From assembly GCA_035641075.1 (NCBI GenBank), contig DASQUW010000029.1, positions 1 to 48,216 on the forward strand: 48,216 nt of DNA, given 5' to 3'. Shown in pieces: positions 1 to 8,316 of this stretch; positions within the stretch are counted from its first letter, which is position 1; each line of letters starts with the position of its first letter. The translations under genes were made by a program, and so were the position numbers. The notes under the pieces are model-generated. The model worked only from the letters and a program-made list of their open reading frames with translations. It did no database searches and was not told the origin of the DNA. The stretch comes from Actinomycetota bacterium (GTDB taxonomy: Bacteria > Actinomycetota > UBA4738 > CALAEC01).

Positions 1-1
1 G

Positions 2-280
2 TACGACCCCCCCTGGACCACGGACCGGATCACCGAGCGTGGCCAGGAGGCGCTCCGATCCTTCGGTATCGCTCCGCACTGGGAAGGACGCGGGAACGCG
101 GTTGCCATCCCGCTGCTGAAAGGTTCGGGTGTGGCCTGCCCGTACTGCGGCTCGACCCAGACCGTCACGGAGTCGGCGTTCGGCCCGACGCCCTGCCGCA
201 CCGTGCATTTCTGCAGGTCATGCCGGAACCCCTTCGAAGGATTCAAAACGAAGCAGGTTCCTGACACGTCAGGGGCTTGA
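2..280 (+). CDS. paaD: phenylacetate-CoA oxygenase subunit PaaD (PaaJ)-like protein, C-terminal fragment; the 5' end lies outside the window
   Basis: Frame 2 is open from the window edge to TGA 278-280. The translation YDPPWTTDRITERGQEALRSFGIAP...VACPYCGS...FGPTPCRTVHFCRSCRNPFEGFK matches the conserved DUF59-end plus 4-Cys zinc-ribbon tail of PaaD. Confidence 0.7.
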   Translation, partial: YDPPWTTDRITERGQEALRSFGIAPHWEGRGNAVAIPLLKGSGVACPYCGSTQTVTESAFGPTPCRTVHFCRSCRNPFEGFKTKQVPDTSGA

Positions 281-306
281 CAGATACGTAACCTTCTGGT
301 TACACT
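277..306 (+). promoter_or_regulatory. sigma-70-type promoter of the ArsR-SRPBCC operon, producing a leaderless mRNA
   Basis: TTGACA (277-282), 18 nt, TACACT (301-306). The GTG start at 313 is the 7th nt after the -10, and no SD is present. Confidence 0.5.
288..303. promoter_or_regulatory. candidate ArsR autoregulatory operator (perfect palindrome)
   Basis: GTAACC-ttct-GGTTAC is a perfect 6-bp inverted repeat. It lies between the -35 and -10 and overlaps the -10. Confidence 0.45.
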
Positions 307-312
307 TCGTTT

Positions 313-630
313 GTGACCCTCGATGCCGCGTTCGCCGCACTCGCGGACCCCACCCGTAGGAAGGTCGTGGGCCTTTTGGGGGTGCGACCGAGGAAAGCCG
401 GAGAGCTGGCCTCCTCATTCCCCGTCAGCCGCCCTGCGGTCTCGAAGCATCTTCGTGTTCTCAGGGAAGCGGGACTGGTGGAGGCGGAGAAGGTTGGGCG
501 GGCCCAGGTCTACCGTCTTCGACCCGGGGGGATCGTCGAGGCTCGAGAGTGGATGGAAAAGACCGGCCGGTTCTGGGACGTCACGCTCGATGCGTTCCGC
601 CGGCATGTCGAGGAGGAGGTGGAGGGATGA
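313..630 (+). CDS. ArsR/SmtB-family transcriptional regulator
   Basis: 105-aa ORF with a GTG start. It shows the winged-helix signature ADPTRRKVVGLL...ELASSFPVSRPAVSKHLRVLREAGLV. Confidence 0.9.
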   Translation: MTLDAAFAALADPTRRKVVGLLGVRPRKAGELASSFPVSRPAVSKHLRVLREAGLVEAEKVGRAQVYRLRPGGIVEAREWMEKTGRFWDVTLDAFRRHVEEEVEG

Positions 631-1052
631 AGGTCAACCGATCCGTCACCGTGCCGGTCCCCGCCGACCGGGCGTTCCGGGCGTTCACAAAGAAGATGGG
701 CCGTTGGTGGCCGGCGTCCTTCACGTTCATCGAGAAGGGCCATCGGGACACCGTGTTGGAGCCGAACGTTGGTGGACGTCTTTATCAGACTGGAGCCGAC
801 GGGAACCAGCACGTGATCGGGGAAGTTCGAGTGTACGAGCCGCCCACCCGAGTCCTGTTCACCTGGGGACAGCCCGACTGGGAAGGCACCACCGAGGTCG
901 AGGTGAGGTTCACCGAGGAGAGCGGTGCCACTCGAGTCGATCTGGAGCACCGAGGGTTCGAATCGGTGGGACCCAAGGGTGAGGACTCCTTCAAGGAGTA
1001 CGACGGCGGCTGGGTCGAGGTGCTCCGTCACTACGAGAAGTTCGCGGCCTGA
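627..1052 (+). CDS. SRPBCC/Aha1-domain protein (common ArsR partner)
   Basis: ATG 627 overlaps the ArsR stop (ATGA). The 141-aa product MKVNRSVTVPVPADRAFRAFT...W has Aha1/START-like features. The longer listed ORF start at 549 overlaps the ArsR gene. Confidence 0.85.
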   Translation: MKVNRSVTVPVPADRAFRAFTKKMGRWWPASFTFIEKGHRDTVLEPNVGGRLYQTGADGNQHVIGEVRVYEPPTRVLFTWGQPDWEGTTEVEVRFTEESGATRVDLEHRGFESVGPKGEDSFKEYDGGWVEVLRHYEKFAA

Positions 1053-1092
1053 AGCGATCGGGCTGTCCCCCCGGTCGCTGGCTGACATGGCG

Positions 1093-1129
1093 GAGGGGCC
1101 CGGCACCGGGTTCGGCGCGCGAGCCCCTC
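1093..1129. terminator. weak candidate bidirectional hairpin between convergent genes
   Basis: GAGGGGC (1093-1099) pairs with GCCCCTC (1123-1129), with an inner CCGG..CCGG. There is no clear U-tract. Confidence 0.2.
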
Positions 1130-1141
1130 GGCCTTGTCCTT

Positions 1142-1654
1142 CTATCTGAGCTGTCCGCGAACCACGCCCGCAGGGTGCGTCATGTTGTGCATGTTGACGT
1201 AGTACTGCTCGGGATCCGAGAAGATGTTTGTGAGCAGTTCCCGGCTCACGTTTTCGAGACATACCGTGTCGGTCGGGTACGCCGTGGGCGCGGTGGGAGT
1301 GTTGACCCCACCGGTATTGGCCGGCGCTCCGAACAAAGTGAGAACGATGCCTCCGGCCACGCCCGCCGGCGCCTGATGGATGTGACTGATGTGCGGAAGG
1401 GCCTCACCCGCCGTGAGCGTCAGTTCGCCGAACTGCCAGCACACCGTCCGCTGCCCCAAGTTCATCGTGAGCGTGACCGAACCGCGATCGGCATCTCCAT
1501 GGGCATTGGTGGGTTGTACTTCGTTTGCACCACTGAGGGCGATCTGAAACGTGCGCCCTCCATCTGACGCTCCCGCGGTTCCCATCGATCCGGGTGCGCC
1601 GATCATCGACGCGGCGATGGCCGCCGTCAGCACCTTCAGCGCTGTCCTGCGCAT
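1142..1654 (-). CDS. secreted CHRD-domain protein
   Basis: 170 aa with an N-terminal signal peptide (MRRTALKVLTAAIAASMIGAPGS). CHRD signatures SHIHQAPAGVAGGIV and YYVNMHNMTHPAGVVRGQL are present. A perfect SD AAGGAGG lies upstream. Confidence 0.85.
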   Translation of the reverse strand: MRRTALKVLTAAIAASMIGAPGSMGTAGASDGGRTFQIALSGANEVQPTNAHGDADRGSVTLTMNLGQRTVCWQFGELTLTAGEALPHISHIHQAPAGVAGGIVLTLFGAPANTGGVNTPTAPTAYPTDTVCLENVSRELLTNIFSDPEQYYVNMHNMTHPAGVVRGQLR

Positions 1655-1775
1655 ACGAACCTCCTTTCCCCCACGGGCGCTACCGCCCCGCGGGCCTCCT
1701 TCACCGTCCGGTCCCGAGCCTCCCTTCGTTCGCCTCCTTGGATCAACGCCGTGTAGAACACGAGAGCAACCCCCA

Positions 1776-1797
1776 GTAATACGTTGGACAACGTATT
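1776..1797. promoter_or_regulatory. AT-rich palindrome (candidate operator) in the divergent CHRD control region
   Basis: GTAATACGTTG-ga-CAACGTATT has perfect 9-bp arms (AATACGTTG / CAACGTATT). The left arm extends to an 11-mer identical to the reverse complement of the copy at 1857-1867. Confidence 0.5.
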
Positions 1798-1856
1798 TGG
1801 GTTCATCCGCTGCCCGAGACCATTTGGGCGATGCGTGAATCCGGGGTTACGGCGGG

Positions 1857-1867
1857 CAACGTATTAC
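1857..1867. promoter_or_regulatory. third copy of the CAACGTATTAC motif, 37 nt upstream of the plus-strand CHRD start
   Basis: CAACGTATTAC is an exact reverse complement of 1776-1786. Confidence 0.45.
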
Positions 1868-1903
1868 CCGTGTCCGTCGCCCGACGGAAGGAAAGGGGGA
1901 ATC

Positions 1904-2419
1904 ATGAACAGGCGGTTCGCACTCGTGGCGATCGCTGCGCTCGTGGCGATCTCCGGTTCCGTGGCCGTCGCCATCGCCGATGACGACGACGACGAAGGCT
2001 TCACCGCTCGACTCCGCGGCTTCAGCGAGGTTCCCGCAGTCTCTACCGTGGCGAGTGGTCGATTCCAGGCAGAGATCAATGAAGGGGCAGGAGTCATCTC
2101 GTTCAGTCTTCAGTACTCCGGGCTGGAGGGCACGGTCTCCGCGGCCCATATCCACCTGGGCCAGAAAGGCGTCGCCGGAGCAGTCATCGCGTTCCTGTGC
2201 GGTGGAGGCGGGAAGCCCGCTTGCCCGCAGACGGCGACCACACCCGTAACGGGCACGATCACCGCCGCGAACATCGGCGCCGGCGCGGAGGCTCAGGGGA
2301 TCACGACGGGCGAGTTCGCCGAGACGGTTCGGGCGATCAAGGCTGGCGTGGTGTACGCGAACGTTCACTCGAGCAAGTTCCCTGGAGGAGAGATCAGGGG
2401 ACAAGTGGACGACGACTAG
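1904..2419 (+). CDS. secreted CHRD-domain protein (paralogue of 1142-1654)
   Basis: ATG 1904 is preceded by GGAAAGGGGGA. The signal peptide is MNRRFALVAIAALVAISGSVAVAIA. CHRD signatures AAHIHLGQKGVAGAVI and YANVHSSKFPGGEIRGQV are present. Confidence 0.85.
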   Translation: MNRRFALVAIAALVAISGSVAVAIADDDDDEGFTARLRGFSEVPAVSTVASGRFQAEINEGAGVISFSLQYSGLEGTVSAAHIHLGQKGVAGAVIAFLCGGGGKPACPQTATTPVTGTITAANIGAGAEAQGITTGEFAETVRAIKAGVVYANVHSSKFPGGEIRGQVDDD

Positions 2420-2428
2420 CCTGAGCGC

Positions 2429-3223
2429 CTAGCGTCCTTCGAACCGGGGCTCGCGCTTCTCGGCGAACGCGTTCACGCCCTCGACGTGGTCGTGGGTCTG
2501 GCCCATGGCGGCCTGGGCGATGGCCTCCTGGGTCAGGGCTTCGTCGAGAGAGAGGGTGGCGGACCGCTGAAGCAGCGCCTTCGTGGCCGCGATGGCCAGC
2601 GTGGGCATCGATGCCAGTTGCCCCGCCAGCGCGGTCACATCGTCCCGGAACGAAGCGGCCGCCACCACCCTGCTCACCAGCCCGAGGTCCACAGCCGTCT
2701 TCGCGTCGATCAGGTCTCCGGTGATGGAGAGCTCCAGCGCCTTCGGATAGCCGACCGCTCTCGGGAGGAGGTAGCTTCCCCCGGAATCGGGGATCAATCC
2801 GATCTTGACGAACGCCTGGGTGAACCGGGCCTCGTCGCTGGCCACTCGGAGGTCGCATGCGAGCGCCAGGGACAGCCCCGCTCCGGCCGCCACTCCGTTG
2901 ATCGCCGCGATCACGGGCTTCGGCGTCTCCACGACGACCGGGATCATCCGGTGGTACGAGGTGCGGAGGTGTTCGGCGATATCGGGGCGACCGCCGGCTC
3001 GGTACGCCGCCTCGAACTCGGTCAGATCCTGGCCCGCGCAGAACCCTCGCCCCTCACCCGTCAGGACGATGCATCGCACCTGCTCGTCCTCACCGGCATC
3101 CGTGAATGCCCGTTCGAGCTCGCCGCTCATCGTCGCGGTCAGCGCGTTCAGCCGATCGGCGCGATTGAGAGTGATCCACGCGACCGGTCCCTCGTGGCTC
3201 ACGGTAATCTGTTCGTACGCCAT
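2429..3223 (-). CDS. enoyl-CoA hydratase/isomerase family protein (PaaG-like)
   Basis: 264 aa from MAYEQITVSHEGPVAWITLNRADRLNAL. It has the crotonase motifs FCAGQDL and AAINGVAAGAGLSLALACD. The upstream part of the listed ORF is Arg-rich junk. Confidence 0.9.
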   Translation of the reverse strand: MAYEQITVSHEGPVAWITLNRADRLNALTATMSGELERAFTDAGEDEQVRCIVLTGEGRGFCAGQDLTEFEAAYRAGGRPDIAEHLRTSYHRMIPVVVETPKPVIAAINGVAAGAGLSLALACDLRVASDEARFTQAFVKIGLIPDSGGSYLLPRAVGYPKALELSITGDLIDAKTAVDLGLVSRVVAAASFRDDVTALAGQLASMPTLAIAATKALLQRSATLSLDEALTQEAIAQAAMGQTHDHVEGVNAFAEKREPRFEGR

Positions 3224-3225
3224 GT

Positions 3226-3609
3226 TCACCGGCCTTCCCGGAACAGTCCCTCGGCGATGTACCGCTGGACCAGCGTCCCCACGCCGACCCGGCCGTTCGG
3301 CCCGATCACTTCGACCTTCGCTTCGCACTCCAGCTCGTCGACGCGAGTCGCCCGAGCGGAGATGGTCAAAAGGTCGCCCCATCGCGCAGGACGCTCGTGC
3401 ACGACGGACACGGCGTATCCGGTGGCGTCTTCCCCGGCCCGAAGGTGCGGCTCGATGAGTCTGCGGCCCGCCTCCTCCACATGGCGCACCATCCATGCCG
3501 TGGCGTACAGAGGGTGGATCCGTCGTCCCTCCAGGTTCACCAGCATCTCCTCCGTCACCGTGACCTCGAGTGACGCTTCCTCTCCCGCTGCCGGCCTGTC
3601 TCGCCCCAC
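3226..3609 (-). CDS. hotdog-fold thioesterase family protein
   Basis: 127 aa, lying 2 nt upstream of the hydratase gene. Length and pattern are hotdog-like (…HPLYATAWMVRHVEEAGRRL…). Confidence 0.65.
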   Translation of the reverse strand: MGRDRPAAGEEASLEVTVTEEMLVNLEGRRIHPLYATAWMVRHVEEAGRRLIEPHLRAGEDATGYAVSVVHERPARWGDLLTISARATRVDELECEAKVEVIGPNGRVGVGTLVQRYIAEGLFREGR

Positions 3610-3673
3610 GGCTCGCCGATTGTAGTCATCGCCCGAGGTTGCCGGAAATGACGGGGAGACCTAGTTTCGCACC

Positions 3674-5113
3674 GTGGCCACGGTGACCCGGCGCCTGGAG
3701 CGAGTGCTCCGGGAGGAGGCTCCCTCCTGGGGAGTCCAGCCCGTCCCTCCCGACGTCAGGCGCCTCTCCGGGCTCGACTTCGCGGTTCTCTGGGGGGACC
3801 TGGGGGTTGGACTCCTGGTCCTCGTCACCGGGGCGCTCCTCGTTCCAGCGCTCGGGCTCCCGGAAGCCCTCCTGGCCATCGTCATCGGCTCGCTCATCGG
3901 GTGCGTTCCGCTGGCGCTCGTCGGGATGGCCGGAGCACGGGAGGGCGTTCCGGGGATGGTCCTGCTCCGGCCCACCCTGGGGATCCGTGGCTCCTACGTC
4001 CCCACCGTCCTCAACATCGCCCAGCTCGTCGGGTGGACCGCGTTCGAGTTCTGGGCCATGGCTCTGGTGGCCAGCCGCATCACCGGCCCCCTCTTCGGCG
4101 TCGACTCCTTCTTCGTCTGGCTCGGCGTGGCCGCGATCGTGTGCCTCCTGCTCTCGCTCGGGGGGCCGGTGCTGGTGATTCGGAGATGGATGGAGCGCTT
4201 CGGCGCGTGGGTGATCGCCGCGGTGGCCGCGTGGATCACGTTCCGGCTCTTTGCGAGTACGGACGTCGGCGATCTGTGGTCGCGCTCGGGAACCGGCGGG
4301 TTCCCGACGTTCTGGAACGCAGTCGACCTGGTGATCGTGATGCCCGTGTCGTGGATCCCGCTCGTGGCGGACTACAGCCGGTTCGCCCGACGCGGCGTGT
4401 CATCGGCCGGCGGCACGTACGCCGGCTACCTCCTGGCCAACCTGTGGTTCTATTCGCTGGGCGCGCTGCTCATCCTGGGGGCCGGCGCGCCGGCGCCGTC
4501 GGTGACCGGGATCGCCGACGGGATCGTTGGAGTTGCCGGGGGAACCCTCCTGCTGATCGCGCTTCTCGTCGGCGAGACCGACGAGGCGTTCGCGGACATT
4601 TACTCCGCCGCGGTCTCCACGCAGAACCTGGCGCCGCGCCTCAACCAGCGAGCCATGATCATCGGGGTTTCGGTCGTGGCCGTGGCGATCGGGGCATGGC
4701 TGTTCGGACAGCCGGGTGAGGGGATCTTCGCCTACGAGTCGTTCCTGTTCCTGATCGGATCGATCTTCGTTCCCCTCTTCGCCGTGTTCGTGGCCGACTA
4801 CTTCGTGCTCGGTCGCCGGCGGCGGTACCACCCGGGGTCACTCTTCGACCCCCGAGGCCCCTACCAGTACACGGCGGGGTTCAGGATCGAGGCCATCGCC
4901 GCGTGGATCGTCGGGTTCGCCGTGTACCACTGGGTCGTGCCCACGGGACCCGCGGGCTGGGTGGAGATCGTGAAGGAGCTCCCCGGCGCCCCGCTCCTCG
5001 GAGGGAACGCCCCGGCCAGCATCCTCTCGTTCGCGGCCGCCTTCGGTGTGTTTCTTTTGCTCGGCCTCGCTACGCGCCGGGGCCGGCGTGCGGCACGGGC
5101 GGAGGGGCCGTAA
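3674..5113 (+). CDS. NCS1-family (purine-cytosine/CytX-like) permease
   Basis: 479 aa with a GTG start and about 12 hydrophobic segments. The N-terminal pattern (GVQPVP...R.LSGLDFAVLWGDLGVGLL) is typical of cytosine/HMP permeases. Confidence 0.75.
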   Translation: MATVTRRLERVLREEAPSWGVQPVPPDVRRLSGLDFAVLWGDLGVGLLVLVTGALLVPALGLPEALLAIVIGSLIGCVPLALVGMAGAREGVPGMVLLRPTLGIRGSYVPTVLNIAQLVGWTAFEFWAMALVASRITGPLFGVDSFFVWLGVAAIVCLLLSLGGPVLVIRRWMERFGAWVIAAVAAWITFRLFASTDVGDLWSRSGTGGFPTFWNAVDLVIVMPVSWIPLVADYSRFARRGVSSAGGTYAGYLLANLWFYSLGALLILGAGAPAPSVTGIADGIVGVAGGTLLLIALLVGETDEAFADIYSAAVSTQNLAPRLNQRAMIIGVSVVAVAIGAWLFGQPGEGIFAYESFLFLIGSIFVPLFAVFVADYFVLGRRRRYHPGSLFDPRGPYQYTAGFRIEAIAAWIVGFAVYHWVVPTGPAGWVEIVKELPGAPLLGGNAPASILSFAAAFGVFLLLGLATRRGRRAARAEGP

Positions 5114-5411
5114 CGAGCAGCACGACGGCCGGGTCTGCCGAGGCGTTTGTCATCACCAGCTCGGCCGCCGCGGGGACGAGGGCCGCGCCCCATTGCTTCA
5201 GCCGCTTCCGGCTTCGATCGACGATGATCACGGCCTCTCCGGCGATCACGGTGAGGATGCCGTCTGCGCGCGGGTCGCCGATCGGTCCCAGGGACTGGTT
5301 CCGATCCAGGCAGATGATCTGGCACCAGACGTGCTCCGATTCGAAGATCGTTTCCCGCGTGGGCCCGTCCGGAGAGAACCGAACGAAGTCCGTGAGATCG
5401 GCAGTCTCCAT
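5070..5411 (-). CDS. cupin-domain protein
   Basis: 113-aa small beta-barrel-like sequence. It is convergent with the permease 3' end and overlaps it by 44 nt. Confidence 0.6.
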   Translation of the reverse strand: METADLTDFVRFSPDGPTRETIFESEHVWCQIICLDRNQSLGPIGDPRADGILTVIAGEAVIIVDRSRKRLKQWGAALVPAAAELVMTNASADPAVVLLVTAPPPVPHAGPGA

Positions 5412-5491
5412 CTTTGCAAAGCGTAGGTGACGGAAATGCCTCGCGCCAAAGCCAGTAGACTTTCAGCCCGACGACACGAGGGGGAACGCGC

Positions 5492-7018
5492 GTGCCCAAG
5501 TTCGACTACGTGACGACATCGCCGGCTGACCAAGCCGCTGATCTGCTCGTCCTGCCGTTCTTCGAAGGTCCCGTGGCTGGCTCGGGGATGAAGGAGCTGG
5601 GGAAGGCCCTCGGGACGGACCTGGTGGCGGTGCTTCGCGACAACCGGCTCAAGGGACAGCTCGGCGACACGCTCACGGTCCCCACCATGGGCCGGGTGCC
5701 TGCCGGGACCGCGTTGCTGGTCGGAGTGGGGCCCCAGGCGGAAGCGGAACCGGACAAGATCCGCCGGGCCACGGGCAAGATCGCCGCCAGGGCCGCCCGC
5801 TACCGGCGGGTGGCCACCGCGGTCCCCCAGGCAACGAAGGGATCGTGGGAGGAAGGCGTCCAGGCATTCGTGGAAGGCCTCCTTCTTGGCTCGTACCGAT
5901 TCGATCGGTACAAGGGCGATTCGTCAGACGAGGACGGGGACCGGCCGCGTCTGGAGAGGGTGATCGTCCTGGGTCCAGCGCGGTGGGAGAAACGGTTGGC
6001 CGTTCAGGCTCTTGAGCGGGGCGAGGTCTTCGCCGAGGCAACGATGTGGGCTCGAGACATGGTCAACATGCCCGCACAGGACGCCACTCCCGAATTCCTG
6101 GCGGGAGAAGCCCGGAAGATGGCCAAAGATGTGGGGCTTCAGTTCAAGGTGTGGACCCCCGCAGAGCTGAAGAAGGGCGGCTTCGGAGGCATCCTCGGGG
6201 TCGGTCAGGGAAGCGAGAACCCGCCCAGGCTGATCGAGCTGAGGTACCAGGGTGGCTCGGGTCCTCCCGTGGCCCTCACCGGAAAGGGTGTGACCTTCGA
6301 TTCGGGTGGCCTCTCCATCAAGGACGCGAAGGACATGGAGTGGATGAAGGCCGACATGGCCGGGGCGGCCTCGGTCCTCGCGGCCATGCGGGCCATCGCG
6401 AAGCTGAAGCCGAAGGTGAACGTGATCGCGGCCATCCCCAGCGCGGAGAACATGCCTGGAAGCACCGCCATCCGTCCCGGCGACGTCCTCCGCCACAGGG
6501 GAGGGAAGACCTCGGAGGTCCTCAACACCGACGCGGAGGGGAGGCTCATCCTCGCCGACGCCCTCTCGTATCTGGCGGAGCAGAAGCCACGGGTCATCGT
6601 GGACACGGCCACGCTCACCGGCTCGTGCATGATCGCCCTGGGTGAGGACATCTGGGGAGTGCTGGGGAACGACGAGGGCCTCATCCAGGACGTCCTCGCG
6701 GCGGGCGAGGAAGCGGGGGAGCCGGGATGGGAGCTGCCGCTGTGGCAGAAGTACGGGCGGCACATCGAGTCGACGATCGCCGACGTGAAGAACATCGGGA
6801 CCCGATGGGGCGGAGCGATCCATGCGGCGCTGTTCCTGGAGAAGTTCGTGGGGGATGTTCCGTGGGCGCACATGGACATCGCCGGAACGGCGTGGGCGGA
6901 GAGCCCCGGAGACTACTGGCCGAAGGGGGCCACCGGAAGCCCGGCGAGGACGTTCATCCGGTTCGTGGAACGGCAGGCCGCGAAGAAGAGCTCGAAACCG
7001 GTTCGCTCGAAGAGATAG
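5492..7018 (+). CDS. pepA: leucyl aminopeptidase (M17 family)
   Basis: 508 aa. The GTG start follows SD GAGGGGGAA. The M17 motifs VTFDSGGLSIK and NTDAEGRLILADAL are present. Confidence 0.95.
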   Translation: MPKFDYVTTSPADQAADLLVLPFFEGPVAGSGMKELGKALGTDLVAVLRDNRLKGQLGDTLTVPTMGRVPAGTALLVGVGPQAEAEPDKIRRATGKIAARAARYRRVATAVPQATKGSWEEGVQAFVEGLLLGSYRFDRYKGDSSDEDGDRPRLERVIVLGPARWEKRLAVQALERGEVFAEATMWARDMVNMPAQDATPEFLAGEARKMAKDVGLQFKVWTPAELKKGGFGGILGVGQGSENPPRLIELRYQGGSGPPVALTGKGVTFDSGGLSIKDAKDMEWMKADMAGAASVLAAMRAIAKLKPKVNVIAAIPSAENMPGSTAIRPGDVLRHRGGKTSEVLNTDAEGRLILADALSYLAEQKPRVIVDTATLTGSCMIALGEDIWGVLGNDEGLIQDVLAAGEEAGEPGWELPLWQKYGRHIESTIADVKNIGTRWGGAIHAALFLEKFVGDVPWAHMDIAGTAWAESPGDYWPKGATGSPARTFIRFVERQAAKKSSKPVRSKR

Positions 7019-7037
7019 TTCGACGGAAGGAGGGATC

Positions 7038-7427
7038 ATGGCACACCCGAACGAGGATCTGTACCGGAGGGGGTTCGAGGCGTTCCAGAAGGGAGACGTG
7101 GAGACGCTCAAGGACCATTTCGCCGACGACATCGTGTGGCACGTGGCCGGCCGAGGCCCGTTCGCCGGCGACTACAAGGGATGGGGAGAGGTCATCGGCC
7201 TCTTCGGCAAGCAGGTGGAGGCGACCGGGGGCACCCTCAAGCTCGAGCTGCACGATCTGTTTGCCAACGATGAGCACGCCGTGGCTCTTGTGCGGACGAC
7301 GGCCCAGAGGAACGGAAAGAGCCTCGACGACCGGGGGGTCCACGTCGTCCACCTCCGCGACGGCAAGATCGCGGAGTCCTGGTTCCACGTCATGGACCAG
7401 TACGAGGTCGACGAGTTCTTCGCCTGA
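7038..7427 (+). CDS. SnoaL-like / NTF2-fold protein
   Basis: ATG 7038 follows GGAAGGAGGG. The 129-aa product has an NTF2-like pattern (YRRGFEAFQKGDVETL...W). Confidence 0.8.
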   Translation: MAHPNEDLYRRGFEAFQKGDVETLKDHFADDIVWHVAGRGPFAGDYKGWGEVIGLFGKQVEATGGTLKLELHDLFANDEHAVALVRTTAQRNGKSLDDRGVHVVHLRDGKIAESWFHVMDQYEVDEFFA

Positions 7428-7440
7428 TTGAGGTTCGGGG

Positions 7441-8292
7441 TCAGGGCTTGGTTCCGACCGCGATGAGGACGTCGGTGGTGTCCCCGATGGGGTCGGCGAA
7501 GCGACCCCTGAACTCCTCCTCGACACGCCCACGGAACCGCTCGAACGAGGCCTCCCCCAACATGTCGCGGAGGAACCGGCCGACGACTCCCGTTTCGCGC
7601 CCGGCGAGGTAGTCGTCGATGCTCCAGGTGAACCGGTAGTCGCGATGTTGCACGTTCACGTACCGGAGGCCGGCCTCCCGAAGGCTCTCCTGGAGCCACC
7701 GCGGGTCTGAGAACCGCTCCTCCCAGGGCGATGCTCGCCGGATCGCGTCCTTGACGAGGTCCTTCCCCACGAACGATTCCGCCACCTCCCTCCAGGTGCG
7801 TCGGAACTCGTCCTCGGTTCCGCCCCAGGTGGTCACGCCGACCTTTCCTCCCGGACGGAGCACCCTGACCATGTCGAACAGCGCGGTCTCGTACCTGGTG
7901 AAGAAGAAGATGACGAAGGCGGCCACGACCGCATCGAAGGAGGCAGCTGCGAACGGAAGATCGAGAGCTTCCCCGGCCACCAGGCACTCAACGCCCCGCT
8001 CCCGGGCCCGGCGGAGCATCTCCAAGGACGGATCGAGCCCGACGACGAGTCCTTCCGGTCCCACCGCCTCTGACGCTGCCATGGCCGCCGCCCCCGTGCC
8101 GGTGCCCACATCGAGGACGCGCCCGCCCGCCGGGGGTGCTATCAGTGCGACGAGATCCGCGGCCGGAAGCGCGTGAAACTCGGTGCGCACCCGATCGTAG
8201 ACATCGGCAACGTCATCGTAGGAGCGCCAGTCGCGGCCGGCCCGCGCAGGCCCCGCGACCTTGGTTTCCTTCCCCCACCTGCCTCGGCGCAT
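7441..8292 (-). CDS. class I SAM-dependent methyltransferase
   Basis: 283 aa from MRRGRWGK. It has SAM motif I VLDVGTGTGAAA and post-I VVGLDPS. The rest of the 496-aa listed ORF is antisense to the next gene. Confidence 0.85.
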   Translation of the reverse strand: MRRGRWGKETKVAGPARAGRDWRSYDDVADVYDRVRTEFHALPAADLVALIAPPAGGRVLDVGTGTGAAAMAASEAVGPEGLVVGLDPSLEMLRRARERGVECLVAGEALDLPFAAASFDAVVAAFVIFFFTRYETALFDMVRVLRPGGKVGVTTWGGTEDEFRRTWREVAESFVGKDLVKDAIRRASPWEERFSDPRWLQESLREAGLRYVNVQHRDYRFTWSIDDYLAGRETGVVGRFLRDMLGEASFERFRGRVEEEFRGRFADPIGDTTDVLIAVGTKP

Positions 8293-8316
8293 GACGGCCA
8301 CTGTATCGTGCTGAAG

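Noticed and set aside
1979-1996. GAT(GAC)4GAA trinucleotide run
   Set aside because: It simply encodes the acidic DDDDDE stretch after the signal peptide of the CHRD protein. It is too short to count as a tandem-repeat locus.
3610-3673. Possible TPP or other riboswitch upstream of the NCS1/CytX-like permease
   Set aside because: The spacer is only 64 nt. I see no CUGAGA or ACCUGA-type TPP core, nor any other recognisable aptamer element.
5412-5421. 10-bp palindrome CTTTGCAAAG at the cupin start / pepA upstream spacer
   Set aside because: It is a single short palindrome directly abutting the cupin start codon. There is no second copy or promoter context, so it is not enough to call a regulatory site.
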